Below, piece after piece: positions 1 through 9,643 of a stretch of 64,000 bases of DNA; the first letter of the stretch is position 1, and every line of letters begins with the position of its first letter. The position numbers and the translations under genes are program-made. This DNA comes from Planctomycetota bacterium (GTDB lineage Bacteria > Planctomycetota > PLA2 > JAEUHO01). The notes under the pieces were generated by a model. The model was given only the letters and a program-made list of their open reading frames with translations, was not told the DNA's origin and did no database searches. The stretch is taken from positions 156,049-220,048 of the forward strand of contig JBFWRP010000003.1 of NCBI GenBank assembly GCA_050248855.1, read 5' to 3'.

Positions 1-719
1 CGAACATCGTCGGCTACTACGGCGCCATGTACACCTACAACGGCCCGTACGGCGTACAGTCCCTGGCGCGGATCAAGATGGCGGAGGACACGGGTGTCGT
101 GTTCTTCGGCAGCCACGGTCAGCGCTACACCTACAACACGAGCACGAGCTATCCCAACGTGTACCAGGTGGCCTACGCCAGCAGCTATGCCCTGGATGCC
201 GGGCACATCGAGTGCTTCTCGTCCAACGTGGGCGGGGCGTTGCAGCGACTGACGCCGTTCACCAACGACGGGTCGATCACGTCGGCCCGTGGCCGCAACC
301 TGCAGTTCATCGAGGTGAACGAGGCGGGCGATCGTCTGATCTTCCACTACAACACCGGCAACACGGGCGGCACCAGCGAGTACCTCAACAACCTGAGCAA
401 GGAGGGTGTGGGGTACATCTCCGACATCCAGCTCCATCCCATGACGGGCGCGCTCCTGAGCAGCTCGTTCGCGATGCTGGAAGGGACCACGGGTAGCCAG
501 ACGGGCCAGGTGGGCTCCAGCCAGGGCCGGGCCGGTGGCTCCGTGGCCTTCGGCACCGATGGCCAGCGCGTCTACTACTCGTTCGGGCCCAACGCCAGCA
601 ACGAGAACGCGCGCTTCGTCGTGGCCCCGCGCATCGACGGCGACGGCAACGTGGACGGGTCCACCACGACCCGCTTCGGCACCGGCTCGCGCGACGCAAT
701 CCTCCACGCCAGCCGCTAG
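1..719 (+). CDS. 3' end (partial, runs off window) of a large protein paralogous to the lipoprotein at 1077-5627
   Basis: Colinear without indels (offset 4908 nt) with the C-terminus of 1077-5627; about 48 of 230 aa differ by manual alignment; same ...LHASR* end. Confidence 0.9.
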   Translation, partial: NIVGYYGAMYTYNGPYGVQSLARIKMAEDTGVVFFGSHGQRYTYNTSTSYPNVYQVAYASSYALDAGHIECFSSNVGGALQRLTPFTNDGSITSARGRNLQFIEVNEAGDRLIFHYNTGNTGGTSEYLNNLSKEGVGYISDIQLHPMTGALLSSSFAMLEGTTGSQTGQVGSSQGRAGGSVAFGTDGQRVYYSFGPNASNENARFVVAPRIDGDGNVDGSTTTRFGTGSRDAILHASR

Positions 720-744
720 CCACCCCTGCCTTTCAGGCAGGCCT

Positions 745-790
745 GACCGGCCCCGCCTTGGACCACCAGGGCGGGGCGGGTCTCGTTTTG
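745..790 (+). terminator. Probable intrinsic terminator after the first paralog
   Basis: GC-rich stem CCCCGCCTTGG-ACCA-CCAGGGCGGGG followed by TCTCGTTTT. Confidence 0.6.
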
Positions 791-953
791 TCCCCCCATC
801 AGTTCCTCGCCGAGGCGCGCCGGGACCGGGGCGAGCGGTTTCGCACGATTTGACGGTCCCGGAGCACCGGATGGACGGGGCGATGGCACGCTCCGATGCC
901 TGTATTGGCAAGAAAGTAGCCGATTTCAGGCACATCTGGAAACCAAGTGATCG

Positions 954-969
954 TGGTACGCTTGTTGCC
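954..969 (+). promoter_or_regulatory. Candidate sigma54 (-24/-12) promoter for the giant lipoprotein; also readable as extended -10 TGgTACGCT
   Basis: TGGTAC-gcttg-TTGC with the correct GG-N10-GC spacing, in a locally AT-richer intergenic region. Confidence 0.5.
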
Positions 970-1076
970 AGATCAGGAGGCGTCGGGTGCGCAATCTCGC
1001 CCCGACTGCCTGTCCAAGCCTCGCCCGAGCCGGCACGCCAATCGGCGCGGGGCTTCAGCCCGGGAGGTCTTTCCAG

Positions 1077-4000
1077 ATGACGAACGCCAAGACGTGGGGG
1101 GCGCTGTTGACTGCCCTGGCTCTGGCCGTGGTCCCCGCCTGCGGTGGGGGGGGTAGTGGGTTTTCCGCCTCCACCCCCAGCCTGACCCTCGGCAGTGCCC
1201 TGCTGCCCCTGCTGAACTCGGGCGAGGCCCTGTCCGGTGACGGGTATGCCTTGCCCATCGAGGGTGGCTGCGGCGGCCCGTACACGATCCGGCTCATCGG
1301 CGGCTCGCTCCCCGACGGGATCGAGATCGACGACCGCCAGATGGACATCGACGGTCCGGGCAACCCGGCCGAGGACCGACACCACCTGGTGGGCACGGCC
1401 CTGGAAGACGGCGTCTTCAGCTTCCGGCTCGAGATCCTCGACCGCGGGTGCAAGCCCTCCGCGTCGATGACCGCCGACTTCACCTGGAGCGTGACGCAGG
1501 GCAGCGTGGTCATCGTGGACGCGAACCCGGCCTCGATCCCGGTCGGCCTCTACGACGACCCGCAGAAGTACCTCGACGTCGACGCGCTGGACAAGACGGT
1601 CTACGGCGACTTCACGAGCATCACGTTCGTCATCGCCGGCGGCGTGGGCCCCTACACCTGCGCGATCATCGACGACCCGGCCGACCCGGACGACGACAAC
1701 GGCCTGCCCTTCGGCGTGGTGATGCCGCCGGCCTCGTGCAGCATCGTCGGCTCGCCCCAGCAGGTGGGCGACGGTGGCAAGCCGTTCCGCTTCACGGTCC
1801 TGGCCACGGACAGCGTGGGCAACGACGCCGTGCGCAAGTTCCAGTGGAAGATCGACACACCTCCGATGATCGTCGGCTCGACCGACATCCAGGATGGTCT
1901 GGTGGGGGACCTCTACGGCGACGCCATCCAGATCGTGGACGGCGTGCCGCCCTTCAAGTTCGAGATGACGGCCGATCTGCCGACGGACCTCGACAACACG
2001 AGTGCGGCGTGGGTCTACGCGCCGCCGGCGGCCCCGACCTTCCCGTCGCTCAGCGGCTTCACGGTGGCTGCGACGGGCGAGGCCAGCAACAAGCTGTCGG
2101 CCGCCGACTACCCGGCTCCGGCCGCGCTCGGTCCCTACTACCCGGCGCCACCCGAGGGGCTGTTCATCACGGAGGACGGCGGGTTGGCCGGTAGCCTGTC
2201 GGGCTACCCGCGCCGCTACGGCTCCTTCACGGTCAACATCCACGCCTACAGCGCGACGGTGCCCAACGAACGTGGGCAGCACGCCTTCGCGCAGTTCGAC
2301 TTCGACGTCGCCCCGGGCGCACCCATGCAGATGGTGGACACGTTCGTGGTCGACGGCGACGGGAGCAACACCTTCCTGGCCAACACCAAGGACGGCGTCG
2401 CCACGCTGCCCGAGTTCGAGGTGCTCCAGCCGACGACCGTGCAGATGGTGGCCACCGGTGGCGCGCCCTTCGACGGCTACACCGACGCCCCGCACGCCAG
2501 CCAGCGCCTGCTGGACCTGGGCGAGGTGGCCGGCACGTACGAGTGGTCGGTCAGCGACTGGGACCCGCGCGGCATCGGCTGGCACCCGGGCAACGTCCCG
2601 GCGGGCCGCCCGACCGGCATCGACGCCGACATCACCGGCAAGATCGCCACCACCAACAGCGGCTTGGATCTCCAACGCCAGGGTCGCCAGGTGATCGAGG
2701 TCACCGTGGCCGACCAGCGCCTGCCCGTGCCGGGCAACGATGTCCACGAGATCGCCCTGTCGATCGGTCCGGATGTCCTCATCATCGCGGAGAGCCGCCA
2801 GACCTCGACCACCACGACGGGAGGGTCCACGGACAGCACGCCGCATGGCGATTCGATGTTCATCAAGAAGATGCAGATCGTGAACAACGTGGCGCAGCGT
2901 TCGCCGCTGGACGACAGCGACATGGCGCCGACGCACATCGTGCCGGCGATCGCCAACCTCAATGCGCTGTCGAACCCGCTCGGGCGCCTGATCTCCGGGG
3001 TCGGCAAGTCGACCTACACGGGCACGGGTCGCCACGCCGGTGCCAGCGACCTGATCCGCGTCCACGTCAACAAGACGGGCTGGTGGAACGACAGCTGGCA
3101 GCTCCACCCCAAGGCGGCGCGCTCGTTCATGCACGGCGATGCCACCAAGCCCTACTACGAGTACTACGCCAACGAGTACTACAACTACAGCTCGTGCGCG
3201 GAGACGACGGCCGTGGCGCTCCCGGACATCGTGGACGGCAGCGTGGCCCACGACCCGAGCGCGGGCGTCTACACGGACGGCGGCAAGCTGCACTTCTTCG
3301 AGAACGACACCCACTTCGGCGTGTTCATCATCCGCGACGACGCACGCATCTACGTGCCGTTCGCCATGCAGAAGGGAACGTGGCAGGGCTTCGGCGACTA
3401 CTGCCAGTCCCCGCTCAACGGTACCGGCGCCGGCGCGAGCAGCTCGAGCCACATGCGGATCGCGCACATGGGCGTCTCGCCCAACGGGCGCTTTGCGGCG
3501 TTCAAGATCAAGGGCAGCCCGACCTCCATGTACGAGAGCACGGGGACGTCGCGCACGGTCCTGATCGACCTGGCGGGCGACAAGTCGCTCGGTGGCAACA
3601 CCTACCGCATCGTGGGCACGTCGTACTCGTCGGGCTACCTGATGGCCGACGCCATCACGCTGACCGACGAGCACCTGTACCTGCTCGTGCAGCGCGGCTC
3701 GCTCAACAACCGCTTCGGTTGGCAGCAGCACAACGTGTACCGCGAGTCGATCCTCGGTGGAACGGGTACGGCCCAGTTCGCGCCGGGGCTGCCGAGCAAC
3801 GGCACGTCGTCCTACCTGAGCCTTCCGTACCACAACATCACGACGAGCTACTACTCGTCCTCGTTCAACGGCTCGACGGTGTACTACAACTACTACTTCT
3901 ACATGGGCGGCTGCTCGACGAACCGCACGGAGAACGACTCCGCGCCGATCCCCTTCCGGGTGAGCGCCGACGGCAGCTCCTGTCTGCTGGCTGCGGGCGC

Positions 4001-5627
4001 GTACACGGGCGCGACCAGCGGCAGCACCGTGCACGAGTTCTACGCCTGGGTCGACAAGAACGGCCAGGGCTTCCGCGTCGCCAGCACGACGGATCGCAAG
4101 ATGCCGTACGGCGGCACCACGGCGCACATGCTGCGTTGGGGCGCGGCGTACTACGGCTATGCGGGGCACCAGCAGTGGGGCAAGTACGAGGGGCCCTCGG
4201 GCAACCTGGAGATCAGCGACGACGGCAACCGGATCGCCTACGGCTTCAGCGAGGTCGGGTCCCACAGCCTCGGCTCCTACTACTCCTCCTACCAGACGTA
4301 CTACTACTCGTCGTGGAACACCACGCGGATGAACGTGATGTCGGCCACGACGGGCAACGACTGGGCCAGCTTCAGCGAGACGGCCATCACGGCGCCGTAC
4401 TTCACGGGCAGCCACGTCTGGCGCTTCGGCGGCCTCGCGTTCTCGCGCGACGGCGACCGGCTCTTCTTCTTCGGCGGCAAGAGCCAGACCGAGGCCATGG
4501 GAACGTCGGACTACGGGTACTGGACCACCTCCGTGCGTCGCGCCTCGGCGTGGGTCACGGGCACGTACTACATGTACGACTTCGCGAACGGCTCGCAGGT
4601 CCGCTCGCTGTTCCCCGCGAACGCCGGCGGCAGTGGCTCGAACACGTACACGGCCGCGCAGCCGTTCAACCCCACGACGGCGTCCCGTTCGTCGGCCTGG
4701 GGCGTGATCAAGCCGTTCGGCGGCTTCTGGTCGAAGAATGGCGAGTTCCTGTACATCTGCTCGGACCACCCGCTGACGGCGTCGGATCGCACCGCCTTCC
4801 GCTTGGTCGGCATCAACACCACGACGGCAACCGTCAACGGTCATGGCGCGACGACCGGCTTCGCCGTGGCGAACTGGCCGAGCAACTTCGGATTCCTTAC
4901 CGGGAACACCAACATCAGCGGCTACTACGGCGGCATGCTGACCTACATCGGACCGTACGGCGTCCAGAGCCTGGCGCGCATCAAGATGGCGGAGGGCACC
5001 GGCGTGGTGTTCTTCGGCAGCCACTCACAGCGCTACAACTACAACGTCAGCACCAGCTACGGCAACGTGTACACGTTGGGGTACACCAGCAACTACGCCA
5101 TGAACCAGGGCCACATCGAGTGCTTCGCTGCCGATGTGGGCGGTCCGATCCAGCGCCTCACGCCCTTCTCCAACGATGGATCGCTGACTTCGGCCCGCGG
5201 TCGCAACCTGCAGTACATCGAGGTGAACGAGGCCGGTGATCGCCTGATCTTCCACTGGAACAACGGCAATTCCGGCGGCACGTCCGAGTACCGCAACTAC
5301 CTCAACCACGAGGGCGTCGGGTACATCGCGAACATCGCGTTGGACGAGAGCTCCGGGGCCCTGCTGAGCAGCACGTTCACGATGCTGGAAGGCACCACGG
5401 GCAGCCAGACGGGCCAGATCGGCACGTCGCGCGGCCGCGCTGGCGGCTCCGTGGCCTTCGGTACGGACGGTCAGCGCATCTACTACTCGTTCGGCCCCAA
5501 CGCCAGCAACGAGAACGCGCGGACGATCATCGCGCCTCGTATCGACGGCGACGGCAACGTGGACGGGTCCACCACGACCCGCTACGGCACCGGCTCCCGC
5601 GACGCGGTCCTCCACGCCAGCCGCTAG
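1077..5627 (+). CDS. Giant (~1516 aa) lipoprotein: putative Ig-like repeats followed by a Tyr/Ser/Gly-rich beta-propeller-like region
   Basis: GGAGG RBS at 1063-1067; signal peptide with lipobox VPA-C then GGGGSG; repeated 'GG..PY/F.h..LP.G' Ig-type motifs; repeated 'hS.DG.R/S' blade motifs. Confidence 0.85.
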   Translation: MTNAKTWGALLTALALAVVPACGGGGSGFSASTPSLTLGSALLPLLNSGEALSGDGYALPIEGGCGGPYTIRLIGGSLPDGIEIDDRQMDIDGPGNPAEDRHHLVGTALEDGVFSFRLEILDRGCKPSASMTADFTWSVTQGSVVIVDANPASIPVGLYDDPQKYLDVDALDKTVYGDFTSITFVIAGGVGPYTCAIIDDPADPDDDNGLPFGVVMPPASCSIVGSPQQVGDGGKPFRFTVLATDSVGNDAVRKFQWKIDTPPMIVGSTDIQDGLVGDLYGDAIQIVDGVPPFKFEMTADLPTDLDNTSAAWVYAPPAAPTFPSLSGFTVAATGEASNKLSAADYPAPAALGPYYPAPPEGLFITEDGGLAGSLSGYPRRYGSFTVNIHAYSATVPNERGQHAFAQFDFDVAPGAPMQMVDTFVVDGDGSNTFLANTKDGVATLPEFEVLQPTTVQMVATGGAPFDGYTDAPHASQRLLDLGEVAGTYEWSVSDWDPRGIGWHPGNVPAGRPTGIDADITGKIATTNSGLDLQRQGRQVIEVTVADQRLPVPGNDVHEIALSIGPDVLIIAESRQTSTTTTGGSTDSTPHGDSMFIKKMQIVNNVAQRSPLDDSDMAPTHIVPAIANLNALSNPLGRLISGVGKSTYTGTGRHAGASDLIRVHVNKTGWWNDSWQLHPKAARSFMHGDATKPYYEYYANEYYNYSSCAETTAVALPDIVDGSVAHDPSAGVYTDGGKLHFFENDTHFGVFIIRDDARIYVPFAMQKGTWQGFGDYCQSPLNGTGAGASSSSHMRIAHMGVSPNGRFAAFKIKGSPTSMYESTGTSRTVLIDLAGDKSLGGNTYRIVGTSYSSGYLMADAITLTDEHLYLLVQRGSLNNRFGWQQHNVYRESILGGTGTAQFAPGLPSNGTSSYLSLPYHNITTSYYSSSFNGSTVYYNYYFYMGGCSTNRTENDSAPIPFRVSADGSSCLLAAGAYTGATSGSTVHEFYAWVDKNGQGFRVASTTDRKMPYGGTTAHMLRWGAAYYGYAGHQQWGKYEGPSGNLEISDDGNRIAYGFSEVGSHSLGSYYSSYQTYYYSSWNTTRMNVMSATTGNDWASFSETAITAPYFTGSHVWRFGGLAFSRDGDRLFFFGGKSQTEAMGTSDYGYWTTSVRRASAWVTGTYYMYDFANGSQVRSLFPANAGGSGSNTYTAAQPFNPTTASRSSAWGVIKPFGGFWSKNGEFLYICSDHPLTASDRTAFRLVGINTTTATVNGHGATTGFAVANWPSNFGFLTGNTNISGYYGGMLTYIGPYGVQSLARIKMAEGTGVVFFGSHSQRYNYNVSTSYGNVYTLGYTSNYAMNQGHIECFAADVGGPIQRLTPFSNDGSLTSARGRNLQYIEVNEAGDRLIFHWNNGNSGGTSEYRNYLNHEGVGYIANIALDESSGALLSSTFTMLEGTTGSQTGQIGTSRGRAGGSVAFGTDGQRIYYSFGPNASNENARTIIAPRIDGDGNVDGSTTTRYGTGSRDAVLHASR

Positions 5628-5674
5628 GCGGGCCTGCCGCGCCACCAGCCCGGCCACGGGGGTACCATCCCCCC

Positions 5675-6214
5675 GTGGCCGCACGCTCCCCGCTCGTCCT
5701 CTGGATCCCCCTGCTGGCCGCGGCCGCGGTCGGCTGGTGGCTGTTCGGGCGGAGCGAGACCAAGCCGGTCGAGGACGTCCGCTTCGATGACCCCGGGCGC
5801 CCGGCGCGGGTGGGTCCCGGGCCGGCGACCAACCTGCCCGGTCGCCCGGCCGGCGAGCCCACGTACTTCGAGATCGCCATGGACGGTGCCACGTCCTGGC
5901 GAGACGCCGTGGACAAGCAGGTCCGGCTCGAGATCCCCGTGGATGCCTCGGGCGAGCTCGTGACGGGCGGTGACCTCATCGACGCCCTCTCCGCGCGCAT
6001 GCGGATCCGCTTCGCGTCCGCGGAGGATGCGCGCGAGTTCCGCCGCCGCACGGCCGAGGTGCCGGACGTCGTGGAGGACGGCAAGCTCAAGACGGGCATC
6101 GACATGCTGCCGGTCCTGATCGACCGCATGGGCTACCTCATGGGCAGCAACGAGCAAGGCGAGCTCGTCCTCGAGCGTCCCCAGCACACGCTCGTGACCC
6201 CCGAAGAGGACTAG
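5675..6214 (+). CDS. Hypothetical membrane-anchored protein
   Basis: N-terminal hydrophobic helix; TACCAT -10 box 6 nt before GTG. Confidence 0.65.
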   Translation: MAARSPLVLWIPLLAAAAVGWWLFGRSETKPVEDVRFDDPGRPARVGPGPATNLPGRPAGEPTYFEIAMDGATSWRDAVDKQVRLEIPVDASGELVTGGDLIDALSARMRIRFASAEDAREFRRRTAEVPDVVEDGKLKTGIDMLPVLIDRMGYLMGSNEQGELVLERPQHTLVTPEED

Positions 6215-6816
6215 CCCTTGGCCTTCGTGCGCGGCAGGACGCCCTCCAGGAACAGCGCGACCGCCTCGTGCGCTCCTCGCGCCAGACGTGCGGGCGTGGC
6301 ACCACGCTCCAGCTGGGCGGCGGCGCCTTCCAGCAGGGCAAGCAACAGGAGGACGCGCCGCTCGTCGGCGGCCCGGCGTCGCCCCTGTCGACCGCAGAGC
6401 TCGTCGACGTGGGCTTGGAGCGTGGCGACGTAGCGGGCACGCAGCGCTGCCAGCCGGCGCCGCTGCGGCTCGCGCAGCGGCGGCCACGCGCCACGCCAGA
6501 GCGGCGCTTCGGCGGGCGTTTCCACGAGTCGCGTCACGTGGTCGGTACACAGCGCCCGCAGACGCTCGCGGGCTCCCCGCACGGCCAACGTCGCCTCCGC
6601 GCTGGCGAGCGCTCCTTCCAGGCGCTCGGCGAGCGCCGCGTGGACGAGCTCCTCCTTGTCGGCGACGTGGTGGTAGACGTTGGCGACGCTCTGTCGCGAG
6701 CGCGCCGCCACGTCGCGCATGCCGAAGCCGTGGAAGCCGTGTTCCCCCAGCAGCTCGAGGGCCGCTGCGCGCGTCTGGCGGCGTCGCGCGTCGCGTCCGA
6801 GAGGGCGCCCCGCCAC
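6211..6816 (-). CDS. TetR/AcrR family transcriptional regulator
   Basis: HTH 'AALELLGEHGFHGFGMRDVAARSRQSVANVYHHVADKEEL'; GGAGG RBS before GTG at 6816. Confidence 0.85.
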   Translation of the reverse strand: MAGRPLGRDARRRQTRAAALELLGEHGFHGFGMRDVAARSRQSVANVYHHVADKEELVHAALAERLEGALASAEATLAVRGARERLRALCTDHVTRLVETPAEAPLWRGAWPPLREPQRRRLAALRARYVATLQAHVDELCGRQGRRRAADERRVLLLLALLEGAAAQLERGATPARLARGAHEAVALFLEGVLPRTKAKG

Positions 6817-6827
6817 GCGTGTGCCTC

Positions 6828-7202
6828 CTAGCGGGGTACCTGCTCGCCGCGGTACACGACGAGGCAGGTGGGGGTCTCGTGCAGGCGCACCTCGAGGATG
6901 GGCAGCCCCCCCTCGACGAGCCGGTCCCAGATCCAGACCGCCACGTTCTCGGCCGTGGGGTTCTCGAAGCGCTCGTTGAGGTCCGTGTGGTCCAGGGCCT
7001 TCAGGATGCGCTCCTCGACCTCGCGCTCGAGGTCGGCGAAGTCCACGACCATGCCCGAGTCGGGGTCGACGGGGCCCTGCCAATGGACCTCCAGCTCGTA
7101 GCCGTGCCCATGGAGATGGCGGCAGCGCCCCGGGTGGCGGGGCAGGCGATGGGCCGCGTCGAAATGGAAGCGGCGGGCGACGGTGACGACGGGGCGGCGC
7201 AC
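6828..7202 (-). CDS. queD: 6-carboxytetrahydropterin synthase QueD
   Basis: Motifs FDAAHRL, CRHLHGHGY, GMVVDF, LDH, NPTAEN, LHET. Confidence 0.92.
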   Translation of the reverse strand: MRRPVVTVARRFHFDAAHRLPRHPGRCRHLHGHGYELEVHWQGPVDPDSGMVVDFADLEREVEERILKALDHTDLNERFENPTAENVAVWIWDRLVEGGLPILEVRLHETPTCLVVYRGEQVPR

Positions 7203-7342
7203 GGGCCGGATGCTACCGCTCCAGCCGATCACCGGCCCGTCATGGCGCCTCGCTCCAGCGCGGCGCGTCGGGCACCGATGCGACTACCCTGGGACGGATA
7301 CCCGCCGTGCCGTGGCGCCGGTGGGCCCTCCCGGGGGGTTCC

Positions 7343-9643
7343 ATGCCCAAGGTCCGCCTCGTCGCCGCGCTCGTCCTCGCCCTGCTGGCGATTCCGGTCC
7401 TGGCGAGCCCGGGCCAAACGGCCGAGGACCCGCCCAACCTCCAGCAGCCCGCGGCCGTCTCGGCCAAGCTCGAGGAAGGGGGCCTCATCGCCGGCCAGAA
7501 GGGCACGCTGGTCGTCACGTTCACGCTGTCCGACGAGCGGACGCGGATCCAGGACCGCAACCTGTTCTGGACCGTCGTACCGCAGACCGGCGTCGAGGTC
7601 GAGCTCGACAAGCGCGTCCGCGACCCCCAGCCCATCCGGCACGAGACGGAGTGGGGGGACGTCGAGTACTTCAACACGGGCACGTTCCACATGCGCATCC
7701 CCGTGCGCCGCCTCGCGGAAGCTCCCGAGGAGGCCGCGGTCGTCCTCCAGGTGGAGCAGATCATCTGCTACGCGGAAGGCTGCGGCGCGAAGCTGCCTGC
7801 CGCCACCATCCGCGTGCCGCTGGCCAAGCCCACGCCGGCGCGCACGGCGCGGCCCATGAAGGCGAACAAGCCCTTCGTGCGCCGGGGCGGGGCCACGGTC
7901 AAGGTCGAGCTGCTGGAGGAGCCCTCGCGCGTGCGCGTGCGCTTCGAGCCCGACTGGGGGCACCACATCTACCTGCCGCCACAGGGCGAGTCCGGGATCC
8001 CCATCGGGATCGGTGTGCGGGGGGGCGAGGGCGTCAAGTTCGGCGAGGTGAAGATCCCCGAAGGCGGTGAGGTCCATGACCCCGTCGACGTGGAGATCCC
8101 GGTCGAGGTGACCGAAGACGCGGAGAGCTTCACGGTCACGCCCAGCTGGCAGGCATGCCAAGACGCCGGGAGCTGCCTGAGTCCGGACCGCGAGGACTTC
8201 GTCTTCCTCCGCGCCGCCGAGCCTGCGGGGGCGGCGGGCACCAGCGATGGGGGCCAGGGCACGGACGCCGGGGCCGGCGGGACGGTCGAGCAGGCGGCCG
8301 CCGAGGAGACGCCGCTCGGGGAGATCGCGTTCCCGGTGCGCGAGGGCGACGCGTTCGAGGGCGGCCTCGAGAGCGAGAGCCTCGTCCAGCAGAAGCTGCG
8401 CGAAGGCGGCCTGTTGCTGACGCTCCTGTTCGTCTTCCTCGTGGGCGCTGGACTCACGTTCACCCCGTGCGTGTTCCCGATCATCCCGTTGGTCGTGGCC
8501 ACGATCGCGGGCGGCAAGTCCGTCACGAAGGGTCGCCTGCTGGCCCTGCTGGCCGTCTACGTGCTGGGGCTGTCGCTGGCCTTCGCCGCGATGGGCGTCG
8601 TCGCCGCGTTCACGGGCGCCAGCCTCTCGGCCGCCTTCGAGAGCCCGCTCTTCATCGGCGGCATGGCGCTGTTCTTCATCGTGCTGGCCTTCGGCATGCT
8701 CGGCCTGTTCGAGCTCCAGCCGCCGCAGTGGCTGATGCGCGTGCAGGGCAGTGCGCAGTCGCGCGGCGGCTCCTACGTCGGCGCGTTCCTGCTCGGCGGC
8801 TTGGGCGCCGTGCTGGCCAGCCCCTGCACGGGCCCGGTCATCGTGGGGATGCTCACGGCCACGGCACAGAGCAAGGATGCGCTGCTCGGCTTCGAGCTGT
8901 TCTTCACCTTCGGCGTGGGCATGGGCTCCGTGATCGCACTCTTCGGCCTCGCCAACTTGGCGCTGCGTCCCGGCCCCTGGATGGTCTGGGTGCGCTACAT
9001 CTTCGGCGTGTTGCTCTTCGGCGGCGCGATGTTCTACGTGGCCAACAGTGCCTTGCTGCCGCGTACGGCGCTGTGGGCGGCAGGCATCGCCGTGGCCGTC
9101 CTCTCGGGCCTCTTGCTGGCGTGGCACGTGGTGAAGCGCGAGCGCGAGCCCATGGCGATCGGCGCGAAGCGCGGCGTCATCGTGACGGCGTTCTACGTCG
9201 GCGCGTTGGCACTCGTCATGTACCTCAACCGCCCCGTCGACGGTCTGCCCTGGATCTACATCAAGGATCGACCGCACTTGGTGGCCGAGGTTGCCGACGC
9301 GAAGGCGAAGGGGCAGCCGGTGCTCATCGATCTCTGGGCCCAGTGGTGCCAGAAGTGCAAGGAGTACGACCACGTCATGGCCGACGACGCCGACCTGCAG
9401 AAGCGGTTGGCGGGCTGGAAGCGGCTCAAGATCGATCTCACGGATGACAGCCTGCGCAACGACTTGCGCGACGCGGTCGGCGCCAAGCGTGGCCAGCAGC
9501 CGTGGCTTGCCTTCATCGACAAGACGGGCACGCTCTGGAAGGACGCGGGCGCCGGATGGCTCGGTGAGGCGACCGGCGGCAAGTCCGAGCACGAAGTCGC
9601 CGCCGACCGCCTGCGCGAGCGCTTGGAGCGCGTCGGGCGCTAG
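7343..9643 (+). CDS. dsbD: Thiol:disulfide interchange protein, DsbD family, with two N-terminal alpha-like domains
   Basis: Signal peptide; Cys pairs ICYAEGC and ACQDAGSC; TM domain with FTPCVFP and SPCTGP; thioredoxin WCQKC. Confidence 0.88.
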   Translation: MPKVRLVAALVLALLAIPVLASPGQTAEDPPNLQQPAAVSAKLEEGGLIAGQKGTLVVTFTLSDERTRIQDRNLFWTVVPQTGVEVELDKRVRDPQPIRHETEWGDVEYFNTGTFHMRIPVRRLAEAPEEAAVVLQVEQIICYAEGCGAKLPAATIRVPLAKPTPARTARPMKANKPFVRRGGATVKVELLEEPSRVRVRFEPDWGHHIYLPPQGESGIPIGIGVRGGEGVKFGEVKIPEGGEVHDPVDVEIPVEVTEDAESFTVTPSWQACQDAGSCLSPDREDFVFLRAAEPAGAAGTSDGGQGTDAGAGGTVEQAAAEETPLGEIAFPVREGDAFEGGLESESLVQQKLREGGLLLTLLFVFLVGAGLTFTPCVFPIIPLVVATIAGGKSVTKGRLLALLAVYVLGLSLAFAAMGVVAAFTGASLSAAFESPLFIGGMALFFIVLAFGMLGLFELQPPQWLMRVQGSAQSRGGSYVGAFLLGGLGAVLASPCTGPVIVGMLTATAQSKDALLGFELFFTFGVGMGSVIALFGLANLALRPGPWMVWVRYIFGVLLFGGAMFYVANSALLPRTALWAAGIAVAVLSGLLLAWHVVKREREPMAIGAKRGVIVTAFYVGALALVMYLNRPVDGLPWIYIKDRPHLVAEVADAKAKGQPVLIDLWAQWCQKCKEYDHVMADDADLQKRLAGWKRLKIDLTDDSLRNDLRDAVGAKRGQQPWLAFIDKTGTLWKDAGAGWLGEATGGKSEHEVAADRLRERLERVGR

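Noticed and set aside
2543..5239. 898-aa alternate-frame ORF inside the lipoprotein gene
   Set aside because: Arg/His/Leu-rich shadow produced by GC3 codon bias; no recognisable motifs
1..5627. Diversity-generating retroelement (template/variable repeat) as the explanation for the duplicated C-termini
   Set aside because: Differences involve all four bases and many synonymous third positions rather than adenines only; both copies are coding; no reverse transcriptase in the window
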